From the NCBI GenBank assembly GCA_013265495.1, contig MU057719.1:250001-314000 (forward strand): a stretch of DNA of 64,000 nt, in the 5' to 3' direction. Each line of letters begins with the position of its first letter. The first letter of the stretch is position 1. Shown piece by piece: positions 26,154 through 38,700 of this stretch. Source of the DNA: Vicugna vicugna. Taxonomy: Eukaryota. The notes beneath the pieces were generated by a model that was not told the origin of the DNA, ran no database searches, and worked only from the letters and a program-made list of their open reading frames with translations. The translations under genes and the position numbers were made by a program.

Positions 26154-29100
26154 TCAGGACGGGGAACACAGAGATAAGCAAGGCCCCGCCCTGCCCTGGG
26201 GACCGGGTGTGGCTGTCCTCACCCAGCCTCCCCAGACCGGGTCCCTCAGGAATTCGCCGCCCGCCAGCTCCATCCGGGCGGGATGAGGGGGCGCCAGGCC
26301 TCAGGGGTCCTCAGGCTGCACCTCTGGCTGCTGACCCAATCCACGGTTTTCCAGCATATCAACAGCCTGGCCCCGCCCCACCCCAGCCAAGGACAACCCT
26401 GGAGGAAGATGAGGGTCTCCACTCCCCAGACGGCCTTCAAGGAGTGACTGGGGACAGAACACACACAAGGAAGCTCCCCCTGCCCCCGAGTCTCCCAGAA
26501 CAAAACACTCACCCGAGGGCCTGAGATGCACGTGTAACAGAGTCCCAGGGAGCCACGACAGGGTGCACACCCAGCCCCCCCGCCAGGCGAATGGCTTCGG
26601 AAGATGCCACCTGAGGATCAGGGGGTCGGGGGCACAGTGGGAAAGCAATTTGCTGAGAAAAAGCAGGCTGGACAGACCAGAGGTGCCGCGCGGTGCAAAG
26701 GCTGTGGCGGGCCTCACAGTAGGCCGGTCTTCCTACCCACTCGCTGGGCTGTCCCCATGAGGCCCTCACCAGGTCCCAGAAATCAAGTCCCAGGTCCACA
26801 GCGAGCACCCAGCGGAAGGAGCCATCGTGTCCCCGCAGAGGCAGCATAGGGCCGTGGACAATTCGGGAGAGATTTAGAAAAACAGGACAGGCAGGGACCA
26901 AGAGACCCACCTGGAATCTGGACACCACAGAAATCAGGACCCGAGCGGCCACCTGGCTCGCCGGCTCCACGCGCAGGGACACAGGGACACAGGCCTCCGG
27001 GACGAGAGGACACGCAGACGTAGGGACAAGCAACAGACAGCGCCGGGCGGAGCGCAGGCAGGGCCCAGCTGCAGGCCCACGAGGGAGGCAGCAGGTCTGG
27101 ACGCGGGAGCGGGCACGCCCCGGGCCCGACACGCGCGTGTGCACCCTGCTCTCCCCTGCAACGTCCTGGGCCAATTTTCTTTAGCTGCTTTCTGCTCCAT
27201 TTCACGCTCATTCGTCTGCTGAGCTAGACAATTGCTTTGTAACTCTAGGGTGCAATTTCCCCGTCTGTGAGGCGCCGGGGCGCGACTGCTCGGAACATCT
27301 CGCACCGGGCTCGGGTGGGCGTGCGAGCCCCCCGCCCCACCTGCCTCCCGCGGGCCTTGGGCAGGGCGCACATAGCAGGGACCCCACAGGGGTCAGGGCG
27401 CCCAGATCAGGGGCCACATCAGTGCTCACGCAGAGCGGAAGGCAGGGCCGGGGGCAGCCCTCTTCCCGACATCCACTCTGCAGGCTTGACGGCACCAGCC
27501 ATCTTCTCTGCTTTGTGGCCCTGTTTTGGTCCAACATTCGAGAACTGGGCTCCACTTGACCCAGGCGGGGGACACAGGGATGCTCTGGCCACAGGCCTCA
27601 ACTCTGAAGATGGATCATCAGGTAGACACGCCCCTCTGACAAGATGGGCTGCCTTCCCCAGCACTGTGAAGGAACCAATCCAGGCGTCCACCTTACAGGT
27701 GGACGGTCAGGCTCTGAGAGGCCGGCAGGCAGGCCACACACACAAACAGGGACAGAGGACTCGATTCCCAGTGGCCTGACCACCAGCCCACACCAAAGGT
27801 GCAGCTCCTGGGGTCCCCCCAGGAGTGGCCAGCTCATTCTAGAGAGAGCCGGTGGGGGGAGGAAGTGACAAAGGGGCCTGAATGTAGGGGGAGGGGGAGA
27901 GGAAGGAGAAGGTAGATCTGCACCTTATAAAATGTAACTGTGCAGGTGGGGGAAGCAGGGGGGGTGAGGCTGGCCCTCTACCCTGACCCATCCAGAGCAT
28001 CCAGGAAACACCTGCATAGCGAGCATTGGGACAAAGGTCTCAAAGGTGAGCCCCAGATGGACACCAGCCCCACCAGCCACCCAGGCCCTGAGTCCAGACA
28101 CACAGGCTCTGCAGGGCCCTGACTCCTGCCCATCCCTGGCCCTGTCAATGGTCAGTTCCCGTGAGAAGAGACCAGTGAATGGGAGACCTCAAGGCCCTGG
28201 CCACCAGAGGCAGCCATAAACAACAAGCTTGGGCAAATTAGGGATGGGTGGAGAAGGGAAGGAGGGGCAGGCCTTGTCCTGAGCCAGCTCAGTGCCTCTG
28301 CTCTGTCCTACAGAGAGCAGGTGAGTTAAGCCCAGGAGCCCTCTTCCCGTGAAGCACGGCCCTGAGACTGGGGACCACGACCCTGAAATATGCCGACTGT
28401 GGAAAGAACCCACAGGATCCAACAAAACACAACTCCGCAGGTTACCTCCACTGGCCCTAGGCAGCGTTTGGGGCCTTCACCCCCAGCCCACACCACCTTC
28501 TGTGCAGCATAAGTCTGTCCAACCTCAACTCACCGAAGGGCCCTCTCGGGATGCCAGCGTCCATGGCATGCAGACTCAGCCCTGCCAGACAGGGGGCTAC
28601 CCCAAACACCCATTGTGTGCCACACAGTAATTCCACAACCAGGAAAGGAGACAGAGATCACCAGTCAAACCCCACCCCCAAAGCCACAGCAGGGGTGGGG
28701 CAGGGGCAGGGAGAAGGCACGCAGAGGGCCTCCTGGAGGAGGCGTAGTTCCCCGCAGGCCCTGAAGGACAGGCACAGCTGGAAGGGCTGGTGGAGCGGGG
28801 AGCAGGAGGGCTGCCCGCTCAGCTCCGCCAAGCCCCAGCTCAGAGCTGCCTGGCCCTTCCCCCCGTGGCCCTTCCTGGGGATCCCCAGCTCGTCCCACTC
28901 GTGTTTGGGCAGAGTGGGTCAGGGCTGCATAGCGGGCCCAGGCACAGCAGACAGGCGTCCAACCCCGGGCAAGGACTCAGGCCAGCAAGCCCACGGCCAC
29001 GGCCACAGCCAGGCCCATCTGAGGGCTGTTTTTCTCACCCTGACACTTCCCCCATCAACAAAGAGAGCCCCCTCTGGAGTTTACCAAAACAAACGCCCCA

Positions 29101-30254
29101 ACAGTCCACAGTGCCCAGGCCAAGACAGGACTGCCTCGGCGGGCCCAACTCCAAGCCCGGCCTCCAGGCCCGGCCTCCAGAGAGTCATGTGACCCTGTTA
29201 TTTCGGGAGGCCCCGGAATGTGCTCTATTTTGGGTCCCAAGGGCTCTGATGTTACCAGACGCCCCTCACCAGGGCTCTAAGCTCACCCAGGTCCCCAAGA
29301 GCCGCCCAGAGGATGGCCACTGGGCCTACTGCTCTGCTACTGGCCCCCTCATGCCTCCCCTGGCAAATGGGCTGCGAGCAGCCAGGGGCCTGGGGTCTGA
29401 GATCTTGGGACTTTCTCTACAGGCTCAGCCCTTCAGTCCTGTCGTCCGGACCCCCGCCAGCGCAGACCCCCACCCACAACGGGCTGGGGTGCCGAGCGGC
29501 AGGGGCAGGGTGCGGGGGCTGCCTTGGGCAAGTTCCTCCTCCTCCAGTTCTGCGCCTTGGGCTCGTCCCCGCCTCCACCGGGTGGCTGAGCAGCCAGGAG
29601 ACTCCCCAGCGGTGGGGAGCAAGCGCCCAGGCCCACCAAGCCCTGGGGCAGTGGGCGCAGGAAGGAGGAGGTCCTCCGCCCAAGGCCTGGAAAGCGGACA
29701 GAAAACGCAAGGGGCAGCTCCAGGTCCACCCTGGGCCGCCGGCTTGGACAAGCCAGGCCCTCTGACACTCACCCCCCACAACGGATTAGGCCGTGTTGAC
29801 AAAAGGGCTTAGGCAAGTAGCCGCTTAAATGGACCTTCAACTCCACTAGACTTCAGAGCTGGTCACACGCTTAGAAAAAAATAAAGTGTAATCAGAGCCC
29901 AGGGCTCTCCTCCACTCAGGCCTGGGGCATGGGCTGCCTGGGAGGCCACAGGCTGGTTCAGAGAGAAGCCCCTGAGCCTCCTTTCAGTGGGAGGGAGGAC
30001 ACGACCCCGCCTCCAACGACCCCCATCCAGGTTCCTGGGGCACTGCCTTTCCTCTACATGGGGACTCCAGCACAGCCACCCGATGGCCCGGGCCCTCTAT
30101 GGGCCGACTCCCAGGACCCTCCCAGGTTATCAGGGACAGGGACCTGTCCGGCTCCAAGAACCCAGCCATGGCCCTGCCTCATCGGGGGCAGGGAGGGGCG
30201 CAGAGACAGAACTGAGCATTCCTGCTCCAAAGGGATCCTCCCAGAGAATCTAGC

Positions 30255-30278
30255 TGTGTGTGTGTGTGTGAGAGAGAG
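30255..30278. repeat. compound microsatellite (TG)8(AG)4
   Basis: Read directly. Confidence 0.95.
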
Positions 30279-30430
30279 CACACAAGTGTGCAAAGCTTGA
30301 ATGGGGGAAAGGACACGCTGTTGCCCCACACAGGGTCCCACCAGCTCCACGTCAGGCCTGGCAGTGGCGAGTCACAGATTTTCATTTCTGCTCCACACAC
30401 ACACAAACACACACATACACAGGCACTTCG

Positions 30431-30530
30431 GGCTGGGGGTTCAAATCCAAACTTCATCACTTTGTAGCCTGTGGCTTCAATCTTTCCCAGCCAGTTTTCT
30501 CATCTGCAAAATGGGCATGAGTGCCCAACC
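30431..30530 (+). mobile_element. MIR SINE fragment
   Basis: GGGTTCAAATCC...CAGTTTTCTCATCTGCAAAATGGG: MIR B-box region and core. Confidence 0.7.
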
Positions 30531-31054
30531 TGGGGGCTCTGGGGAGGAAGGAGCGCGCTCCGCTTGGCACCTGCAGAGGTCTCCGTTGTACAGTCAGGGA
30601 AGGAGTCCTTACATTTGACAAACTTGGAACCCCATCCCAGTCACCCTGCCATGTGCCCCTCTGTAAGCGTGCCCCAGGGTGCTCAGGCCCTGGCCCAGAC
30701 ATCCAGGGGGCCAGCTCCAAGCGGCTCCCCTCCATCTCCCAATCTCACCAAACGTCCTTGCAGCTGTGATGTGTTCTGGTCACCAACCGAGTGGCCAATC
30801 TGCACCCTAGGCTACAGTGGGGTGGGCAGGCAGGAGGGGCAACAGACCTCGGGTTTCATTCATAATCAGCTGTTTTAATTTCCATTCAGCACAAATCCTT
30901 CACCCAGGCTGACAGCCTGGCTGCCGGCCCCACCACCAAATTAATATCCTTCCCGGGGCTCATTTATAAAGTCTCCCCACACCCTCCCCCCTCTCCTGCC
31001 GCTTACTGGCTCCCAAACCCTAGGGAGGACAGCGGCTGGGGGCACCTGGCCGTG

Positions 31055-31101
31055 CTCCTTCCTCCTCCTCCTCCTCCTCCTCCTCCTCCCGCTCCTCCTC
31101 C
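31055..31101. repeat. (CCT)n trinucleotide repeat
   Basis: About 9-10 uninterrupted CCT units at 31061-31089 plus interrupted flanks, next to the CpG island. Confidence 0.95.
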
Positions 31102-31329
31102 GCGGGGCCGGGGCTGGAGTTGGAGGGCAGTGTGGGGCAGGCAAGCCACTGGCCGGGATGGCAGCCGAAGGACAGGGACACTGACCCTCCGTGCTTCTGG
31201 GACGTCCTCCCCTAAGAGTAGGGCCAGCCCCAGAGAACAGTCGGATGTGCCAGAGAGAGGGGCCCCATTTCTGGAATGGGTCCTTCCCAGGCTTCATGTT
31301 CCCGGCTGTAAGGCCCCTTGGTGACTGGC

Positions 31330-32800
31330 CACCCGCGCGTGAGCTGCTTTCGGGGAGGAGGGGTCCCGAGTGTTCCAGGGCCGGCGGCCTGCTGGACTCC
31401 GCAGCCCGGGCGGCGGCGCAGGGGCCGTCCCGATGCCAGGGCGGCCGGAGGCTGGAAGCGCACAAGTTGCGCCGCCCGGCTGAGCCGAGCGCCTGGGGGC
31501 CAAGGGCGCGAGGAGCTGCCGGGGCGGCGGCAGGAGCCCCCCGGTCCAGCCGACCCGCAACCCCCCGGGCCCTGCCGCCGGCCCGCTGCCCAGTCCCGCT
31601 CTGCCACCAAGTCGGCGGCCCGGCTCGGGCCGGGGGCCTCCCGCCGCCCTCGCCCCCACCCGGCCCAGCCGCCCCGGGAAAAGTTGCCCGGCCCACCCGA
31701 TCCTGCCCCGCACCCCAACTCCGCGCGGGCCGAAGGGGGGCGCGGGGCCGAGCGGGGCGGGCCGGGGCCCCAGCGCGCGCCGGGAACGCGCCCCANNNNN
31801 NNNNNNNNNNNNNNNNNNNNNNNNNNNNNNNNNNNNNNNNNNNNNNNNNNNNNNNNNNNNNNNNNNNNNNNNNNNNNNNNNNNNNNNNNNNNNNNNNNNN
31901 NNNNNNNNNNNNNNNNNNNNNNNNNNNNNNNNNNNNNNNNNNNNNNNNNNNNNNNNNNNNNNNNNNNNNNNNNNNNNNNNNNNNNNNNNNNNNNNNNNNN
32001 NNNNNNNNNNNNNNNNNNNNNNNNNNNNNNNNNNNNNNNNNNNNNNNNNNNNNNNNNNNNNNNNNNNNNNNNNNNNNNNNNNNNNNNNNNNNNNNNNNNN
32101 NNNNNNNNNNNNNNNNNNNNNNNNNNNNNNNNNNNNNNNNNNNNNNNNNNNNNNNNNNNNNNNNNNNNNNNNNNNNNNNNNNNNNNNNNNNNNNNNNNNN
32201 NNNNNNNNNNNNNNNNNNNNNNNNNNNNNNNNNNNNNNNNNNNNNNNNNNNNNNNNNNNNNNNNNNNNNNNNNNNNNNNNNNNNNNNNNNNNNNNNNNNN
32301 NNNNNNNNNNNNNNNNNNNNNNNNNNNNNNNNNNNNNNNNNNNNNNNNNNNNGGCGGGCGGGGTGGGAGCACAATTCCCTCTCTTCCCTGCCCCAAAAAA
32401 ACCGCCCGGCGGAGCAGGCGGAGGAGAGCCGGACTGCGCGGCCGGGCCATTGTCTGGGCGGCCACACAAAGCGGCCAGCCGCGCTGCGCGTCCACCCCGG
32501 CCCTCATGTGGGGAAACTGAGGCCCGGAGAGGCCGTGAGCCCTGACGCGGGGGCACAGGCTCGGCTCCGTCGGGGGAGGAGGAGTGTTTTTTTTCCTGGA
32601 GCCCCCAGTCGGCCCCCCACCTTCACGCCTAAGGGCAAGCAGAGGCCGAGGGGCACCCCCAGCCCCGCCCGCACGGACTGGCCGCAGGCCCAAGGGGAAG
32701 GGGCGCTCACGCTGCTGCTGCACTGCAGCCCCGGCTTGTGGGAGCCTTCCTTAGAGACACCAGGCCGAGGACGGGCTGCCGAGTTGGGCGCTGACTTTGT
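31330..32800. promoter_or_regulatory. CpG island; probable promoter / first exon region of an unidentified gene (inferred minus strand)
   Basis: Very high GC and CpG density on both sides of the gap, multiple GC boxes (e.g. GGCGGGCGGGG 32353-32363, GGGGCGGG ~31754), AP-1 site TGAGTCA at 32934-32940 on the flank. Strand is inferred from C/A-rich + strand composition and absence of L1/LTR to the left. Confidence 0.8.
31796..32352. other. assembly gap (N run) in the CpG island core
   Basis: 557 N bases flanked by extremely GC-rich sequence. Confidence 1.
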
Positions 32801-34263
32801 GGCCCGGGTCTATTTTTATGTCTTGGATAGTTCTCTGCCCTGACTTTTCAATTCATGGTTTGTTTGTTCAAAAGCAAAAGGAAAGGCACCCCCGCCCCCG
32901 ACGGCTTGGGCGTTTGGAGTCGGGGTCCTGGTGTGAGTCACCTGCGCAGAGCCGAGCATCCTGAGCAGGCACAGCCCAGGCTGAGGTGTCACCCCCGAGG
33001 CAGGCTGACCCAGCACTGCGCCTCCTTCCTCACCGCACCTCGCCCTGCTAGACCCAGGCTGTGGGCGGCAGAGGGGCTGCACATGGTGGGCCTGGGTCAG
33101 GGGCCTCTGATAAGGAGGTGATGCCTGAGTGTAGATGGTCATCACCGCTGCTCAGAGACAAAAGAGAGTCCTACTGCACGGTGCCCACTGCCACCTGTGT
33201 GTCCTCGAGCAAGCCTCACCACCCTTCTGGGCTTCACGTTCCCCTCTGTGGAATAGGGGAGTAACAGGACCACCTCCCAGTGGACGGCCAGAAACGATCC
33301 CACCAAGGCCACTGAGACCTGTCCAGGAGAGAGGCCCTTGAGCCACTTGGGGCACGAGCCCCAGGCAAGTGCTTGCCAGGGAGCCCTCCCTCCCCCAGCA
33401 CAGCCGCAGGCCACGGCCCAGGCTTGTACTTCCCCCCAGCTTCTGCTTGATCCGTGCTCCCCATCCCCCTCGAGATCCCGGGTGCCCTGCCGTCTGCCCC
33501 CCCCCCACGCTGTCCAGTCCCTGCCCCTCCCTCCAGCCAGCAGCCTGTTTAACTGTGGTCCACATCTGTCATCACAATAAACCCACTCCCCCAGTTCACG
33601 CAGCACAGCCACCCGCTTCTAAAACTGATTTCCTTCTGCCGGGGCTGGAGGCGGGCAAGCACGCAGGAAAAGGATGAAAAAGAGCAAACAGCGGTGCTGA
33701 CACGTATGGTGTGCGAGCCGTGTGCCAGCCCCGGTTCTCAGGCCTGCCTCCATCCCCCTTGGCATGCCCCTGGCCATGTGCACAGTTGGTGGCCCGTCTG
33801 AACCCCATCCTCCTGGCCTGTCCTCCTCCCGACCTGCATCAGACCTTGCCAATCCCACTAGAGACAAAGAGGCCAGATGCCCTTGCCCCTTGGGGGGCCC
33901 TGCTGGTCACGAGTGGCCCGGAAGAGAGCACCCAGGACCGCCCACCCGCTTCTCTGCTTGTCCCCTCCGACAACACACTGCAGTGGGCACTGCTAGCCTG
34001 CCTGACTCATGAGGGCGACGAGGCTGGGAGAGGTGACATGGCGGACGGGTCCCCCTGGAGTGAGGATGAAGCCAGCACTTGAACCCAAGGCCCATGCTTG
34101 GAGCCTTTGGGCCCCTGAGGGTGTGAGGCTGCACAGCTCCCGCCCCCAGCGAGCCGAGGTCAGCACTGCCTCCTGCTGGGTCTCTAGACAGAGAGGGTGA
34201 GCATGGGGTGGGTGAGGGGCAAGAGCAACGTGAATGCCCCCTGCTTCCAGTGCCATGGATCGG

Positions 34264-34335
34264 TCATTCATTCAACAAACATTTGTGGCACTCTTCCCAG
34301 GGGCCAGCTGCTGTGCTCAGCCTAGGTACTCAGGT
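34264..34335 (-). mobile_element. L2 3' end fragment
   Basis: TCATTCATTCAACAAACATTTGTGGCACTC is the typical antisense L2 terminus. Confidence 0.7.
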
Positions 34336-34369
34336 GGATACCAGCTCTTCCTCTCGCCAGCCGGGTGGC

Positions 34370-34540
34370 CTGACCAGTCCACTCCCTTCCCTGTGCCTCG
34401 GTCTCCTCATCTGTAAAAGGGGCATGGCCACACCCTCCCGCTGAGTCACGCAGATGACGAGGTGAGATAATGCCAGGAGAGTCTGGCCCCAAGGAGGAGG
34501 AGCTCAGGAAGTGATAGTCACTACCACTACTGTTACCACT
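34370..34540 (+). mobile_element. MIR SINE
   Basis: CCCTGTGCCTCGGTCTCCTCATCTGTAAAAGGGG core followed by GGTGAGATAATG and a tail-like CTACCACTACTGTTACCACT. Confidence 0.7.
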
Positions 34541-34541
34541 G

Positions 34542-34813
34542 TTTTTTAATTTTTATTGAAGTAGAGGAGATTTACAATGTTGTGTTTGTTTCAGGTGTAT
34601 AGCAAAATGATTCATTGGTACATACATATACTCTTTTTCAGATTCTGCTTTATTGCAGGTTATTACAAGGTATTGAATATAGTTTCCTGTACTGTCCAGT
34701 AAGTCCTTGTTGTTTATTTTATATAAGTGAAGTGTATGTGTTAATCCCAAACTCCTAGTTTATCCCCCCACCCCTTTCCCCTTTGATAACCAGACTTTGT
34801 TTTCTATGTCTGT
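34542..34813 (-). mobile_element. 5'-truncated L1 3' UTR (artiodactyl-type L1)
   Basis: TTTTTATTGAAGTAG...TTTACAATGTTGTG...TTCAGGTGTATAGCAAAATGATTCA...GGTTATTACAAGGTATTGAATATAGTTTCCTGT...TGTTAATCCCAAACTCCTAGTTTATCCC matches the recalled cetartiodactyl L1 3' end in antisense; AT-rich block in a GC-rich context. Confidence 0.85.
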
Positions 34814-37574
34814 ATCACTATTATTGTGAGGAGGTGAACTAGGCCCTCTGAGAGCCCCAGCCTGAAAGGGAGCCAAGACACACCCACAAGGAGCTGTTGT
34901 TTGACGTGGAGGGTGCTGGGCAGACCGGAAGTGTTAGGGACAGTGACCTGAGGGCCGGGATGTCTTCTGGGCACAGCTGTTCCTGAGTTGCATTTTGAAG
35001 GAGGGAGGTTTCCATCAGGTCGAGACAAGGCTGAGGGCACTCCAGGCAGAAGGCCCAGCAGGAGCAGTGGCCCGGAGGTGGGAGGCAGCCAGCACGTTGG
35101 GGGAACAGCCCGCTCGGCAGGCAGGTCGGAACACGCCAGACCCTTGTGGGAAAGCTGGTTCTGGAAGCCTCCAAGGTTGGGCTGAAGCATCTGAAGTCAC
35201 CTGCCCACGAGAGCGGGCCGTCCGCCACCCTGGGCTCCCCAACCCTCCCCCAGCCCCTTGCCCCTTGCCACAGAAAACTCGAGACTCCCTTTGGAATTGT
35301 TGGGGCCTGGAGACAGGGCGCCACACACAGAGGCAGATTTCCGCGTGGGTTCCTCCCCCCGGGCCAGGCCTGAGAGAGGCCGGTGAAGGCGTCCCGCAGC
35401 GCCAGCCTCCCCCGGGGCCCTGGGAGACCGCGTGGACGGTGGAGTGAGCACGGGGTCCCGAGCCCTGCAGACCTGCCTCAAATCCAGCCTCAGTGGCTGC
35501 TGATGCTGAGCTGCCCTCAGCCTCACCTTCCCATCTGCAGGGGGCGGGGGTGGAGCGGCAAGGGGCAGGGGGGCTCGGACTGCGAGGGGAGCCCAGCCGC
35601 AGAGGGAAGCGAACCCCCGGGCTCCCTGGTGGAAAGTATGCTTGCTGCTTGTTATTTCTGTTTCTCACTCTCCCCTCGACCTGGGGCTCTTTGGTGCAAA
35701 TGATCCCACAGGACACCGCCTGGGACGGTGGCTGCCCCATTTGGAGTCACCAAGTCCAAGCTAACCATGGAAAAAACCGCCCCCAGCCTCCCTGCCATGT
35801 GCTTCTGCAGCCAAAAATATTTTTATAGTAATATCCACCTATTTACAAGCCGGGATCTGAGAGGGTTTTGTTTTTTGTTTGGGGCTTTTTTTCCCCCGCT
35901 GAAGGATGCTTTTTAAGGTACTTTGGCCTGTTCCATGCGCCTGTCTCCGCTTAGTCTTGTAAACAGTCTTCAGAATCGCTCGGTGAATAATATTTTTAAA
36001 GGCTGGTGTCCGCCAGGCTGGGGCCCCCGAGACTGGCGTCTGGGCAGACGACTCCCAGCAGTTCCCGGGGCACCAAGGGGCGCTTTGGCTGCTTCCAGTT
36101 CTTTCCCCCAAGGGAGGGTCCATGTGGTCCTGAGCTGGTGACCAGCAGGATTTCACAGGGGTTCGGGGCCCTTGGCCCCCATCAAGCGGAGCGGGGGCTT
36201 AGGCATTCCAGCCTATCCGCAGTGCCCCAGACCAGCGAGTACTTTCTCATCACCCCTGTGGCTCCTTTGGGGGTGACACTCTGCCCGTGGTGACAGATGA
36301 CTCAAGCTGGGAGGTGGGGATGAAGCCCAGAGAGGCAGGGACTCACCTGAGGTCCCCCCAGGTCCTGCCCTGTCTCTCCATTGTCTAGGGGAAGTCAGGA
36401 AAGCTGCTGGTCCACACTGGGCCTCCAGGCTGTTCTGCTTAGTGGGGAGGAGAAGGGAGGGGACGCCGTGGGGAAAGAATGGCTTCTGCATCCCTGCAGT
36501 ACCTTGACTGCTCCTGCCTGTGGGCAGCACCTGGCCCTGGGGGACAGCCGGCCCTGCACACCCAGACCAGCGCAGGGAAGTGAAAGCTTGGGCTCCATGT
36601 GAACCAGGTGCTCTGAAGGCAGGCAGCTTACCAGCACCCGGGAGGCTCGCTCCAAACCCGTGGAAGCTGAAAGGCGGCTTGGGCAAACCAGCCGTGTGAG
36701 ACAGGCCTGAGGGGACAGGGGCCTCTGCGAAGGACCAGGATTTCAGGGCAGCTCCCGGCAGGAGCTGGTGGGTTCCTTCCAGAGGCCTCCAAAGAGATGC
36801 TCCCACCAATCGCCAAGGTCACCCAGAAGGAGCCACAGGTGCGGAGGGGAAGGAGGGGTGGTGGGCAGCCGGGAAGGGCAGAGTGCCAGGGTGGTCCGGA
36901 GAGTTCCGAGTTAGCAGGAGAGGACCCTGGTGTCTCCTGGGGGCCTCTTGGTGCCAGGTCTGGCCCCCACTGCCAGGCACCATCTCATCCGACAGGAGTC
37001 CTGTTTCCCCACTTCACAGATGGTGTCACTGAGGCTGAGGGAGGTTGTGACTGGCTGCAGGCCATGCCATGGGTCCAGCTCTGACGTCAGTACACTCGCT
37101 TTGGAGGCTGACGGTCAGGCTCCCTAGGGAAGCCTTGGGACAACCAGCACCTCGGCCTCCTGCCTCCAGTGAGCTGCTCCACCTCCCTGCTTCTCACCAG
37201 TATGTGGATGGTAAGACCAGAGTCCAGGGAGGAGGACCATGCAGCAGACTTGAAAACCTGGGTGCTCGGGTAGGTGCTAGGAAGGGGAGGCCACGCCTGG
37301 CTCAGCCGCCAGCCGTCACATGGCCCTCTCTGAACATCAGTCTCTTTTTCTATAAAATGAGAGATAAGAGCTCCTAATCATGGAGCCTTTCTTACATGAA
37401 GTGAGAACATATCTCTAGGGAAATCACTGTTACGCATCCCAGGAGCTGAGGAGCAGGGCAAAGTCCGAGAGTCCCAGCCTGGGTGCCCATCCAAGTGCCA
37501 GCCTGGCTCTGAAGGTGGCCCGCCCCTTCCCTGGCTCCTGTCCACCATGCCCCTCTCCAGATGCCGCCCATCAA

Positions 37575-37860
37575 GCAAGAAGATAATGTGTTTTATCGGG
37601 GGCATTTATCATTGACGACTGCTGCATAAATCTCCCTCTGCACACATACGTATACACAGAGGTGGATGAATATACTGGGCAGAGCCGCCGTGCCCAATCT
37701 CAGTGATGTAGTCAACTTGCCCCCATAAAGATAACGGGAAATGATTCATAATATTTATTTGACAGACATGATATGAACCGTAATAGCCTGTTGGGATTAA
37801 AAATATCCGTACGTCTCTGTCAGCCACCAGCGTGGTTTAAATATCACACGTGTGGCAGCC
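37575..37860. promoter_or_regulatory. candidate conserved non-coding element / enhancer
   Basis: Non-repetitive AT-rich island with GATA (37581, 37606, 37729), TALE TGACAG/CTGTCA (37760, 37817), GGATTA (37794), CACGTG (37847) and retained CpGs; conservation not tested. Confidence 0.55.
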
Positions 37861-38269
37861 GCGGCCCCAGGGAGGTGGGAGTGGTTGTTGACAGCGGCGG
37901 CAAGAAGGAGTCTGCGTCGAGGAGTGGAAGAGGAGCCCAGGAGTTCGCCTGCTGCTCCTTGACCTTGTCTCGCAGGAAGCCATACCTGAACACGCGGGTA
38001 CCCGCTCCCAGCCCTGCAGCCGGCGGGGCCAGCGCTGCCCGGCTCGCTGCTCCGCAGCCCTGGGCCAGCGGCAGCCCAGTGGGGCCTGACCTGCCTCCAG
38101 GCTGCAGCTCTGGGTCCAAGGAAGCTGCTGTCCCCGCAGAGGAGGCCCGGCAGGCCTGGGCCCTACCCTCTGTGGCTGGAGACCCTGCCCCATCAGCTGG
38201 CCGGAGTCTCCCTCTGCCCAGCGTGAAGCAGAGCCCCTGCCGCCCCCACCCATCGGGTTACTGCCAGTT

Positions 38270-38700
38270 TATAAACCTCTTCCTGCTCCACACTGCCCTC
38301 GGGATAAAGTCCAAGCTCCTAAGAAACGGGCCGGGCCCTCCCTTCCTGCCCTGAGTCATCTCCCTCTGCCGGCACCCAGCCCTGCCCACAAGCCATCCCG
38401 GTCCCGGCCAAACTGCGTTCTGGATGAGGTCCACACAGGCCCCTCCACCTTGCACTGGAAGGCCCAGCCCCGGGGCGGCCCCGTTGGCGGTTGGCTGATG
38501 GCCTCCCAGCTCGGCCGGCGCTTCTCTGCGCCCTGCAACAGCCTGCACCTCTGTCCCTATGCGAGGTTTGTTTCCTTGATGTTCCCACGGGTGCGGGCTC
38601 AGCGAGGCTGGGGACCTGGGGACGGGACCACCAGCTTTCCATTTCCCCACCAGGCACACCATGGGAGGTCAAAATGTTCCTGGAGGGAGAGAGGGAGGGA
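38270..38700 (+). mobile_element. degraded L2 fragment
   Basis: CACTGCCCTCGGGATAAAGTCCAAGCTCCT matches the recalled L2 motif CATTGCCCTCAGGATAAAGTCCAAACTCCT; ends in an L2-terminus-like stretch. Confidence 0.55.

Noticed and set aside
31330..32800. Assigning a specific gene symbol to the promoter
   Set aside because: No exon sequence is visible and several loci fit the architecture equally well; a genome alignment is needed
30941..32843. 400-550 aa ORFs across the CpG island
   Set aside because: They are long only because they read through 557 Ns and GC-saturated sequence
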